The notes beneath the pieces are model-generated. The model ran no database searches. It was not told the origin of the DNA and saw only the letters and a list, made by a program, of their open reading frames with translations. From NCBI GenBank assembly GCA_042852035.1, contig BAAFHK010000003.1, positions 1 to 32,000 on the forward strand: a stretch of DNA of 32,000 nt. Reading direction: 5' to 3'. The position numbers and the translations under genes were made by a program. Positions 18,110 to 28,312 of the stretch are shown in pieces (positions within the stretch are counted from its first letter, which is position 1; each line of letters begins with the position of its first letter). This DNA is from Candidatus Saccharimonadota bacterium. GTDB taxonomy: Bacteria > Patescibacteriota > Gracilibacteria > BD1-5 > UBA2023.

Positions 18110-19305
18110 AAGAAGAGCTTATCGAAAAGAGTGTAAGAATTATCAAGAAAAGCATACCACATATGTAGTGCTATATATGCTAAATTCTGCTGCATAACTA
18201 TCGTATAGAGAAATGCCATAAAAATAATATGTGCATATGGGTGATTATTATATACAATCATATACGTAGTAGTCTCATCCCTTCAGCACTTTTGAGCAAG
18301 TGCCTTTAGGAACCTTAAAGCATGTGAATCAACTGTCTTAGAGAAAACACTCTGAACTTCTTCTACCATACTATATCTCTCCTTTTCTTCGAAATCTGGT
18401 GCAAAAGTACCGATAATATGCTCTACATCAAGATTATCTCAAATCTTGATGTTTTTTATTGTTCTCGGAATTAAGTCATAACGACGAATAAATTTGGAGA
18501 ATAGATAAAGAAATCATGAAATGAGAGCCATAGTAGGAAGAGAATACTTTCCAAAGAAAAACAAATCGTAGATAAACCTATCAACTGACCGATAGTACAC
18601 AAAAAGGATAAGTATGACCGTTAGAGCTAGGATTAAGGTATAATTTACTCATTTTATTGCTGCTTTGCGAATATTCTTATTTATCAGTCGAAAAATACTC
18701 ACCACTGCAATGATCAGAGCTGGATAGAGAGGGCTTTTGGGGTCGCCTATAGAATAAAAATAGTTCACGAGTTTCTCACTGAACATCTGCAATAGACTGA
18801 ATGATAAAACAATAACGAGACTATATTGGATAATATTTAGTATCCATTCCTTTGTTGTTTTTTTCTTTACTTCATTTTTTGTATTCTTTTCCATTTTACT
18901 CGGATCGATTGCGTCTATAAATCTTGATTGGATAAGAGAAATAAGACATAAAATAACAATTGTGAAAACTGCAATATTTCCAGCAAAAGAAATATAACGT
19001 CCATCAAAAAGAAACATGGAGAGAACAATCGTATACTTTGCATCCCCTGCAGCCCATCAATTATAAAGATAGAGAAGAAATGAAACAACGAACGTAAACA
19101 AAATTGAAGTAAGGTAAAATCCCCACTGAAATCCACTAATAAAACCCAACTTTAGAGAAAGAGTGAGTAATATGGGCAACAAAAACAAGAGTGATAATAA
19201 AATGTAGTTTGGTATTACTTTAAACTTCCAATCTTTATAAACAAGAAAGAGGTTTAGAAAAAAGAATAAAGCCAGGAAAAACCAAAATGTAATCGAAAGG
19301 ATCAT
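18106..19305 (-). CDS. A24-family (prepilin-peptidase/CpaA-type) aspartic membrane protease with ~180-aa C-terminal extension
   Basis: The ATG at 19305 is 5 nt after the hxsB-like stop; an alternative TTG at 19320 would overlap it. Track pieces 19057..19320 and 18649..19017 share one frame and are joined by TGA. Motifs are VYKDWKFKVIPN (first Asp motif, D....IPN) and GWAAGDAKY (second Asp motif, G.GD.K). Reading TGA 18649..18651 as Gly extends the frame a further 181 codons without TAA or TAG to TAG 18106..18108, adding more TM segments and a soluble tail. My base indexing near 18650 and 18720 disagreed with the track by 1 nt, so I followed the track frame. Confidence 0.55.
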
Positions 19306-19310
19306 ACGAA

Positions 19311-20759
19311 TTAAAACCAAGAGCGAAATACTTTTTCGTTCTCTGGATCTTGTAATTTTTCAAAAATATAATCAAGCATAATTATCTGCATCTTATTTTT
19401 CTCATCTTTTGAAAAGTTCGAGAATATGGTCCCATACTGGGTGAAATTATAGAGTATATCTACTCCTATATAAGGTTTATAAACATGGTCATTATAACCT
19501 GGAAGACCATCAATAACCGATGATTCAAGAGCAGCTCGAGTTACGGTGCTTTGAGCCATAGCCTTCATAGTTTGATCCCCTGTTGCAAGCATTGGCGTAA
19601 GTAAGAAGTCTTCGATACCCATCCTTCCAAGCATACGAGCCTCATCACCAGCATAGACCTTTCCATCATAATTATAGGCAACTCATCCAACTGCAACTCA
19701 TGATGGAGAACGAATATCCATGAAGTTCCCATCGGCATTAAAGAATATCTTTGAGAGGTACACACTCGTTATCATTTCTCTTAATTTATAGCCCGATTTA
19801 TTAATCTCAATGACATAATCAAGTCATTTCTGGAAAAAATCAAGAAATTCAGTTGGGGTAAACTCCATACGTTCTCGTTCGACGGTAGCAAATCCATACG
19901 GATTAAGCCATCGAAATCAGATACTTCGCAGCCCAAGACTCACATACGTATCGATTATTTCTTTATATTGCTTAATACTCGTTTTCGTCCAGGTAGCAAG
20001 AGCTCCTATACTAAATGATTCTGGTGCTCCTCTGTATTTTATTTCCTCATTTATTCGTTTTATCCAGTAAGACACTGTATCGAAACTATCTCATTCTTTC
20101 CAAACTCTTTGTGCATTATGAACAAGCTTATCTCCGTCAAGAGACGTACATATCTCCACCTTATGATCCAAAAGCCATTTGAGTTTTTCTTCACTCATAA
20201 GCGTCAGATTCGATACGATACTCAGGAAAAGCTGTTTCGAAAGAGACTCTGCCTTTTGCCTAGCGTATTCAGTAATAAATTGCACCACCTCCCAATTGAC
20301 GAGAGATTCTCATCACTGAAACTCGATGGTTATACTTGGAGAGGAGCTAAAAAAAATGGTATCTACAACATTCTTTGCTGTCTCAAGAGTCATATCTAGT
20401 CATTTCGCTGTCATAGGTGCAACTGCAGCGTGGCAATATTCGCATTTATGATTGCAACGCAATGTTGTAACAATCATATGAAGCGTAGGACCATAGTAGA
20501 GAAATTTATTCTTTTCGAGGTACAGAGCAGCTAACTTTTCTTCATAGTCAGGAGTCTTATAGAAAAGTTTTTCTGTAAGTTCATCTTTTTTAGGTCAAGT
20601 AAGCTCCCCGGAGATAAATTTTTCAAAATCTCAAGAGGTGAGAAAAGAATATTTTCCGATATCATTCGTGATAAGTATATCTCAAGATTTCATTTTTTTA
20701 TAGCGAAAAAATGCTATCTCTTGGGAAAGATTCTCAATAGTTTTCAAAGTAAGACTCAT
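19311..20759 (-). CDS. hxsB: HxsB-like radical SAM peptide maturase (copy 2)
   Basis: ATG 20759, stop TAA at 19311..19313, 482 aa. It contains track pieces 19311..19634 and 20091..20288. Motifs: LRCNHKCEYCHAAVAPMTAK; IEFQGGESLVNWEVV; CTSLDGDKLVHN; WLNPYGFA; AYNYDGKVYAGDEARMLGRMG; GLPGYNDHVYKPYIG. It is collinear with 1761..3221 throughout but diverged at synonymous sites. Confidence 0.8.
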
Positions 20760-20766
20760 ATATTCC

Positions 20767-20961
20767 TTAGATTAATTTTTCATTATAAAGTGCGACACAG
20801 TAATTTGAAAATTCATCAAACAGTCATTGTGGATCCTCATCCTGAATTGAAATTCCATCTTGAATAGATTGAATATCAAAAGACTCAAATTCAGAGATTG
20901 CTTCTTCCAGAAGGGCTTGAGGATAGAAATTTTTATCGAGATTGAAATTTTTCTTTTGCAT
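20767..20961 (-). CDS. 64-aa conserved small protein of the Hxs-like module (copy 2)
   Basis: ATG 20961 lies inside the end of the HxsD-like CDS (29-nt overlap, other frame), and the stop TAA is at 20767..20769. The product MQKKNFNLDKNFYPQALLEEAISEFESFDIQS...GLFDEFSNYCVALYNEKLI is a paralog of 1568..1756. Confidence 0.5.
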
Positions 20962-21487
20962 TCTTAACTTTATTAGGATCTAACTGAGGGGTTTTCTTTG
21001 TTTGAGTTCCACTCATATCGACTTCAATTTCCTTCAAAATCCGATCTATCTCACCCTGATCAATCTTAAGCTCTGGATCATTTTCAATTTCTTTTAAGAT
21101 TTCATCAATATCCCTATCAAAGTCAATCTGTGGATTTGAATTCGAGATTTGATTTGGAACAAAATTTTGACTATCAACATACGAACCAAGAGCTCGCATA
21201 ACTATAGTTTCTCGAATCGTTTTATTATCTCTTTCAAGTTTATCACGAAGAAGGGTTGCAAGAAGTTCATCACTGTATTCAAGAGCAAACGCCTCACTAC
21301 TCCAACGTTGATTTTCTTTTGGATGAATTTGAACTAGGGTATTCTCCCCATCTCTCTTAAAAAAGAAATAGCATCGATCAAGAAACATATACGCCGCCTT
21401 CATGACGACTGCCTCTGAAAAGATTCCACCATCAATAAGAAGCTCTAGACGATTATTTTCCTGATTTTTTGAAAGAAAAGCAAACAT
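20933..21487 (-). CDS. HxsD-like protein (copy 2)
   Basis: This is an intact 184-aa ORF in the track with no internal TGA. MFAFLSKNQENNRLELLIDGGIFSEAVVMKAAYMFLDRCYFFF...WSSEAFALEYSDELLATLLRDKLERDNKTIRETIVMRAL. It is a paralog of 1096..1596. Confidence 0.65.
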   Translation of the reverse strand: MFAFLSKNQENNRLELLIDGGIFSEAVVMKAAYMFLDRCYFFFKRDGENTLVQIHPKENQRWSSEAFALEYSDELLATLLRDKLERDNKTIRETIVMRALGSYVDSQNFVPNQISNSNPQIDFDRDIDEILKEIENDPELKIDQGEIDRILKEIEVDMSGTQTKKTPQLDPNKVKNAKEKFQSR

Positions 21488-21536
21488 AGAATTATAAATT
21501 TTATATGAGAGAGAAATTCTGAATTTCCGAAGAGTT

Positions 21537-22529
21537 TTATTTTACGAATGATTGCTCACAGGAGATTCTAAGACTCTCGTCAACAAGTGATGAACAATCC
21601 GACTTTTTTCAGGACTTAATAATATCTGATATTCTGATTCTATCGAGACAGCTCTGTTTCATCTCTACGGCTTTAATTCTATTACAGAAATCCAATGATT
21701 GTTCTATCATCGCATTTTCAAAGAGACTTGAATCGGAAAGATCACCAATCGTAGTAAGACAGTGCGATTTGGTGTCTGGATTAACGATATTTTCACAGAT
21801 TTCAACATTCTGATTCGATTTCGCTCGAGAAAAATAGACTACATCATTACATTCTTGCTTGAGATCCTCTGTTGAAATATTTCCACAGCTTTCAGTACTC
21901 TGATTTGCAATTGCCTTCTCAAGAATTACTTTATCATTTGAAAGCTTTAAATCTGACTTGCATTGTTCTTTTGCAAGATCATTCGTGAAAGAATCACAAT
22001 CAACCTCTTCACCACTTTCTTCTCTATTATTTCTTATTTTTTCTCGAATGATTCGTATCTCAATCCCCTGAGTACATTTATCACGAGATCATGAGTTCGA
22101 AATTTTCAAACATTCATCAATTTTTCATGAAAGCTGGGCAAGGCGAAAATAAATTTGATCCCTACACTCAATAGCTCCAGTCTCTGAAAGGACATCACAC
22201 TTTGTTGGATCATTTTCTTTTAATGCCAGTGCAAGTCATGATTTCTCGATACATTCTTGCTTAAGTTCTGGTATGGATATTGTTTCGCATAGCGCAGGAT
22301 TAGCATTCAATATGGCAGAGTTTACCCTATCAATTGCTTGGGTAACCATCTGCTGTCTCTCCTCCTCAGTCATAACATGCTCCTGTCATTCTCAATCTTG
22401 TTGTTCACCACCACTGGAGAATCATGGTAACTCTCCTCAATCATCAGGAGATCGAGAGGAGTAGAGATAACCGAAGATTGCTACTCCTGCAATAAGCAGA
22501 AGAGAAATAATAGTATAGGATGTTTTCAT
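21537..22529 (-). CDS. membrane-anchored protein with eight C-x10/11-C repeats
   Basis: ATG 22529, TAA at 21537..21539, 330 aa. The N-terminal MKTSYTIISLLLIAGVAIFGYLY is a TM anchor. Eight Cys pairs follow: CETISIPELKQEC, CDVLSETGAIEC, CLKISNSGSRDKC, CDSFTNDLAKEQC, CGNISTEDLKQEC, CENIVNPDTKSHC, CNRIKAVEMKQSC and CSSLVDESLRISC. The CDS is open only with TGA = Gly. It lies 49 nt upstream of, and on the same strand as, the HxsD-like copy 2. Confidence 0.6.
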
Positions 22530-22677
22530 GCGATAATGGTACCCTCATAAAGAAGAAAATCAATCTGAATTAGGAGAGAATATATTGACTTTGTATAATA
22601 TTCATTCACCGAAATATTTAGAAAAGGAAATGCAAGGTTTCTCTCGACAGAAGTTACTTTTTTACCATAATGAAAGT

Positions 22678-23700
22678 ATGCATCTTCTCATCGATACACG
22701 CCTTACTTCCGCATCTGATATCCCATTTCTTCATTATGCTCTTCTTTGGGCTGATGTTTGGAAAATTTACCATCCTCATGATGATATTTCATTTCTCGCC
22801 CATGAAGATGATCCTCACATAAGTTACGATTGCATCCGTGTGAGAAAGACTTGGCACAATTTCTCAAAAAAGAAGATTGCCTCCCATAATCACTGACCAG
22901 AACGAGTCATTTCATTTTCGAGACTTCCACCATATGATAGAAGCATAAAACAGGTTAGCCATATAAGCGATATTGCTCCCATTTTATACCCTTCGAAACC
23001 ATTAAAGGGTATCGAATATAGATGGAGACTCCATGAATACAAAAATCTTCTTAGTCATAGCCATTCGATTATCATCCCTCATCGCGATACACTTTCAACC
23101 TTGAGTGAACTTTTTTCTCCAGAGGAAGAAAAGATAACAGTTATCCCCTACCTTCATCCACTTGATGATGAGGTCTATAAAATTAGAACTATTCTCCCTC
23201 ATGGAATTTTTGGTGACTACTTTATTACAGAAGGTGCCGAATGACTCGAATGGAGGCCTCTCGAACTCATCGAAGCCTATGCCACTTATGTTCATCGAAT
23301 GTGAGGGAAAGAAAAACTTATTATACTTTGAGATGTTGGGGACAATCTCTGAGTTATGAGTTCCATGATTCGAACATTAGATCTTCTTGATTCAATAAAG
23401 ATTATCGGAACACTCTCTCGTGAAGAAAGAGAACTTCTCTACGTCCACGCAATCGGATGGATATATGCTGGATCATACTATTCTCGTGGAGCAAGCATAG
23501 GCCTTGCATCATGATATAATATTCCTCTCTTCTTTACAGATATCTCCTGACTGCGTAACTATACCTGAATCTACTTCCACCCAAACCATCTTGAAAGACT
23601 CCCAGAGCTCCTTAGAAAAGAAAAAAATAAATACCAAATTCAAGTAAAAGCAAATAATGAAGCAATAATGGAAGTATACTCACGAATCATTAGTGAGTAA
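22678..23700 (+). CDS. glycosyltransferase, GT-B fold (GT1/GT4-like)
   Basis: It shares the frame of track ORF 22585..22896, which has a TTG start. The most GT-like start is ATG 22678 (MHLLIDTRLTSASDIPFLHY). I translated codon by codon to TAA 23698..23700. Motifs: LSHSHSIIIPHRDTLSTL; EKITVIPY; YFITEGAEGLEWRPLELIEAY; KLIILGDVG; IGTLSREERELLYVHAIGWIY. Confidence 0.65.
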
Positions 23701-23783
23701 AACTTGCAAAAGCAATGAAGTTGTATACCATAATCGCAAAGATTTCCCATTTCATTTTTGGCACCCTATAATTTCTTCTCATT

Positions 23784-24305
23784 ATGACAAAATTATTCTG
23801 AGTAAATAAAGTAAAAGCTCAGGCACCTTCTGAAACTCACCAAATCAGACATGTGAGCCATGATGATAATAATCATGGGAATCATCACCATCATCATGAA
23901 GATCATGATGATGTAGAAGAAAAGTATGAGGAAATCGATGAAATACACGATCATCATGATGAGGAACATAATGTAGACCTCGGCCAAATAGCTGTAGATG
24001 TTTTAGATCTTACAGATGAAATTATTATTGTAGCTCCAATTGCTTGAGTTGACCCAAGCGATATCGATATTGGTCTTTCACGAAATATTCTCACTCTTTC
24101 ATGAGAACGAAAAACTCCAAGCATCTATATGGACGCTAAAAGGATGCTCGTCGAAGAGTGTTTCTTTTGAGCATTTTCTCGATCAATAATTCTCCCAGAA
24201 AATTTGGCTTTTAATAAAATTCGTGCTACCGTAGAAGAAAATGTAATTATGGTACATGTGCCAAAACTTTCATTTTTTTCAAAGACTATTAAAGTTGAAA
24301 AATAG
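23784..24305 (+). CDS. Hsp20/alpha-crystallin small heat-shock protein with His-rich N-terminal region
   Basis: It shares the frame of track ORF 23853..24047. Upstream ATG at 23784, stop TAG 24303..24305. The alpha-crystallin core reads IAVDVLDLTDEIIIVAPIAGVDPSDIDIGLSRNILTLSGERK...EECFFGAFSRSIILPENLAFNKIRATVEENVIMVHVPK. The N-terminus reads HDDNNHGNHHHHHEDHDD...DHHDEEH. The start is uncertain. Confidence 0.75.
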
Positions 24306-24337
24306 AGTGAAAATACCGTCCCTTTTTTGTAGGAAAT

Positions 24338-24604
24338 ATGTTTTTTAAAAAGAAAGATACCATCCCAGAAGAAAATGTTGCGAAACAAAGTATCAAAAAA
24401 ATGGATCATGTTGTAACTGGCCTTCTTCTTGGTGGAGTTATTGCCTCAATTTATGGGGTAAAGAAACTCCATAATAAATGAAATCATGATGTTCACGAAT
24501 GATGAACTCAAGATGAGAATCATGCTCATGAAGAACATGGCAATCATCAAAGTGATAAAAAGAAGCAGGGCATAGTTTCTCGTCTCTTTTTTGGAAATAA
24601 GTAG
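24338..24604 (+). CDS. small membrane protein with His-rich C-terminal tail
   Basis: ATG 24338, TAG 24602..24604, 88 aa. It has one TM segment (VVTGLLLGGVIASIYGV) followed by HNKGNHDVHEGGTQDENHAHEEHGNHQSD. There are three in-frame TGA. Confidence 0.4.
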
Positions 24605-24606
24605 TT

Positions 24607-25287
24607 ATGATACGAAAAATTCTTACATTTCTTTGTATCCTAGTTGTCTCGATAGACGAAACAAGTGCGCTTATAGAGTATACAAAACCTACTAAAGCTG
24701 AGATTGATAGTGCTACGAAAGTATGTTTGGAGAAAGGAAAATCAAATAATGAAGAGAAATATACTTGTCCTAACGGATCATATCAAAAATCGGACGGAAG
24801 AGTACTCAGCCAACAAGTAGTAACATGTGGCGTAAAGATGGCACTTACTTTTAGTGCTATTGATGAATCAGCCAAAAAATGGATGAAAGAACTTCAAAAT
24901 CAGAGAAATCCTGACTTTAATGTTTGGAGTTGAGATATTGATACTACCGTTCAGGAACTGAATGATACCTATTCTTCTGTTTGCAAAACTATAACTTGGA
25001 CCAAGCGAGAAAATGACCAAGAAGTTGCCTGTGCAAACACTCAAGATTTCTTTTCTGAAACAGCCTGTGATGTAATTGCTCGAAAAAAATCAAGTGCATG
25101 GAAAAATGCCTGATATATCCTTGCAGCCAAAGGGATAGCAAAGAATGCTCAGAATGACAAAGATACCTTTGTTGACCAGAAAAAGACAAAATACAGTGAA
25201 CTTATCAACAAGTGGAATTCATATAAGCGAATAGTCGGGAATGCTGTTGCAAAGATGACAGCATATGTACGATCACCCGTAAAATAG
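24607..25287 (+). CDS. secreted hypothetical protein
   Basis: Track ORF 24607..24933 (MIRKILTFLCILVVSIDETSA signal peptide) continues through TGA 24931..24933 to TAG 25285..25287. 226 aa. No family recognised. Confidence 0.55.
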
Positions 25288-25291
25288 ATTT

Positions 25292-25702
25292 CTAGAGAAA
25301 ATCTCTTAGGTGAAGAAAAATATACTTCCATTTTTCAGGGTTCGTCATATTTCTCGTTGGTGATTGCATTTGAGCTTTCGTATTTGCCAGAACCTCATTT
25401 ACATCAATATCTTCATTCGCCTTTACATTGGACTCATCAACAATATTGGTAACCTCTTCTCATGCGAGCTTCTTATTTTGTGTTGCTTTTGCCACGTAGC
25501 TCTGGTACGCGTTCGTGCGGATATAGAGAGTAAGATCTTGTTTTCTCTCATTTCTTTCAGCTATCTTTTTATTAATATTCTCAAGTGAGCTCACATAACT
25601 ATTTGTCTGATACTGCTCATACTCATAATATACAATAAGATAAACCTCATAAATAAGTATAAAAATAAGTCAAACAAGTATGTAACGAAACTTACTATTC
25701 AT
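25292..25702 (-). CDS. septum-formation-initiator-like (FtsB/DivIC family) membrane protein
   Basis: ATG 25702, TAG at 25292..25294, 136 aa. It has an N-terminal TM segment (YILVGLIFILIYEVYLIVYY), then a coiled-coil segment and YIRTNAYQSYVAKATQNKKLAGEEV, which resembles the DivIC C-terminal motif (yie..AR..lg...pgE). Confidence 0.45.
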
Positions 25703-25805
25703 AGACGAAATTTGCTTTCACTTTTTGTTTCTCTACAATATCCATAAATATCATTTTTTCCAATCGGAGTGAACATAAAAATCCTCTAATTTTCCCTCAC
25801 CAATT

Positions 25806-26951
25806 ATGAATTTTCGCGCTATACTGTACACCCTTGCCTGACTTATAGGAATCTTTATTATCCTTTTTAGTTGGAGCGCTTATCAGTACTATGAAATTGT
25901 ACATGCTGACGATCCCATTCATCCAAAAATTGAAGCCACAATAGGAAAAAGCAAGATTGTTCGAGGCGATTATACCTATGAACTGAATGAAACTGAAACA
26001 TACAAACTTGAAAATAATGATATCATCGAGACTGGAAAAGAAAGTCGTGCAACAATTACATGGCCTGATAAAAGTATTACTCGTCTCTGACCAGCAACAA
26101 GAATAGTTATCGAAAAAATGTATGCAAGTACTGGATATGAGAACATTGCCATCTCGTATAAAATAGAACACTGAAAGGTTTGGAATACGGTTATTCGCTC
26201 ACTTATTTGAGATTCCTACTTTGAAGTAGAACTTCCAAGAGAAGGTGTCGTTGCTGGAGTGAGGGGGACTATTTTTGAGATTAACCTCGAAAATAAATAT
26301 ATTCACGCAGTCAATCATAATACTTCACTCACCCAAAAAAACCAGACAATTAACCTACTTCCTTGAGAGGTGGTCGATAGTGAAAATATACTTCTCAAGA
26401 AAGGGAAAGAATGGCTCGATACACGATGGAGCGAATGGAATGAAGCATCTGATGCTGTATATCAGTCTATCCAAAAGCTTAATCTTGATGCTCGATTCGA
26501 AAGCCTCACTAAAGATATTGGCAAGATAAATTTCTCAAATCTTACGAGAACTGTATTGGAAAATGTATGATGATTTGAAGATCTATCAATTGCTGAGTTA
26601 ATAAAAAGTAACCAACTTGATGAACTTAAAAAAATCTCAACCAATTCTCTTCTTTCATACTATCAGAAACTCTGAAACCTGAATAACAATGAATCGCGAG
26701 AAAAGTTAAGAAAAGCTCTTCTAGATTTGGAAGACGAATCTATCGCAAATATTCGCGAATCACTCCAAATACAGGAAATCTGGGAAAGTATCGATACATG
26801 AAAACTTACGGAAGGCACCAAAAAATATCTCGAAAGCAAGTGAGTGAATACCAATGAGTTTGCCACAAAATTTATGTCTGGAGCAAGCGCTGATATTACT
26901 GGTTTCAAAGAATTTCTTTCATGATGATTTAATAGAGTATTAAATCAATAA
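25806..26951 (+). CDS. FecR-domain membrane-anchored protein
   Basis: ATG 25806, TAA 26949..26951, 381 aa. The N-terminal TM is ILYTLAGLIGIFIILF. ATITWPDKSITRLGPATRIVIEK...ISYKIEHGKVWNTV...FEVELPREGVVAGVRGTIFEINLE matches the FecR beta-sandwich pattern (...agVRGT.F.v). Track ORF 25797..26171 on the minus strand is its antisense shadow. Confidence 0.5.
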
Positions 26952-26953
26952 TT

Positions 26954-28312
26954 CTAAAAAAGATAAATACCTGAAATTGTAAAAATTCAAAGTATTATGG
27001 AAAGCGCAAAACCAACAAATACTTTCTTTCCATATTCCTTCTCTCCAAATCTATACGCTATTGATGCTTTTACGGTATTATTAGACATTACAGCAAGAAG
27101 TATCGTTGTTGAGGCGATAAAGAGTGGGATTGATCCTTCTTTTGCTCACTCACTCATAGCAAAGTTCACAGCGTCTACATCAGCAAAACCTGATACAAGA
27201 CCGAGAAAATAGTTAGAAATCTCCTGTGGAACAATATCCTTATATACCTTTCCAAGAATAGCTATAAATTTTATTATCAAAATGAGTCCGGCAAACTGGA
27301 GAGCTGGAACCAATTGAAATGGACTTTCATAATTCCCTTCCTTTTCAGCCTTTATTACTGGTATTTTTTCTTGCCATGCGTTTAAGAGATGGAAGGCTGT
27401 TACTCATGCAAGCCCAAGAAACATCATAGCCCCTGGAAGAATAATCGAATCGAGTATATTGGGATAAATATATCCGGCTACAACAATCACACGAATAAAC
27501 ATAATACATGAAGCCAGAAGGGTTGCTGTGGCATATGAATTTCTGTGTTCTGGGTGCTCTACGCTTTTTCGTGTCATAGCAACCGTAGTGGCCGTTGAAG
27601 ATATAAGGCCTCACACCGCTCAGGAAGCAAGTATTCATCATTTATCACCAAGTGCCTTTCAAAGAAGAAATCCTGCATATTCAACTCCGGCCATAACAAC
27701 GACAAAAAACCAGATACCGTAAGGATTAAAAAACTTTGCTGTAAGGACTGGATGAACCCATGAAAGACTCCCATTCGCAAACCAATTCGCCATATCAACG
27801 AAAGAATACTTATCATCAGGAAGAAGTGGAAGAATAACCAAAGCGATTACTGCAAATTTTAGGCTATCACCAAGCTCTTCTCTGGAAAATCGAGATTTCA
27901 TCTTCGTGAAAAACTCCTTTGCTGAGAGAAGTAAAAGTAGCAGTATTGATAAAATAACTGCTGTTGTATACTGTCACATCATTGCAACGACTCAGATAAA
28001 GTACGTAATAAGTCATGCATATTCGCTTGTGGCACCCATTTTATTTTTTTCAAATGACGAATAGGCGTATGCCATAAGAATAAATACCCCTGAAATAATA
28101 GCTCCAAAGAGAGTCCAAAACTTCGTACCAAGCTTCATATCAATCCATGAAGCTATTGCTCCAAAAAATGCAATCGAAGCATACGTACGAATTCCTCAGA
28201 AACCAGTAGCTCCTCCAGGTTTAGTTCCAGACCATGGGAGTTCACGCTCCGTTCCGATAAGTCAACCAAGAGCAAGGGCAAGAAGAAAACCAATAAATAC
28301 TGAAGGCTCCAT
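26954..28312 (-). CDS. MgtC/SapB-family N-terminal domain + DUF4010 integral membrane protein
   Basis: ATG 28312, TAG at 26954..26956, 452 aa. MEPSVFIGFLLALALGGLIGTERE...GGIRTYASIAFFGA is the MgtC-type motif. The protein is polytopic and includes track ORF 27659..27901 (...VILPLLPDDKY...). All pieces share one frame when TGA = Gly. Confidence 0.7.
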
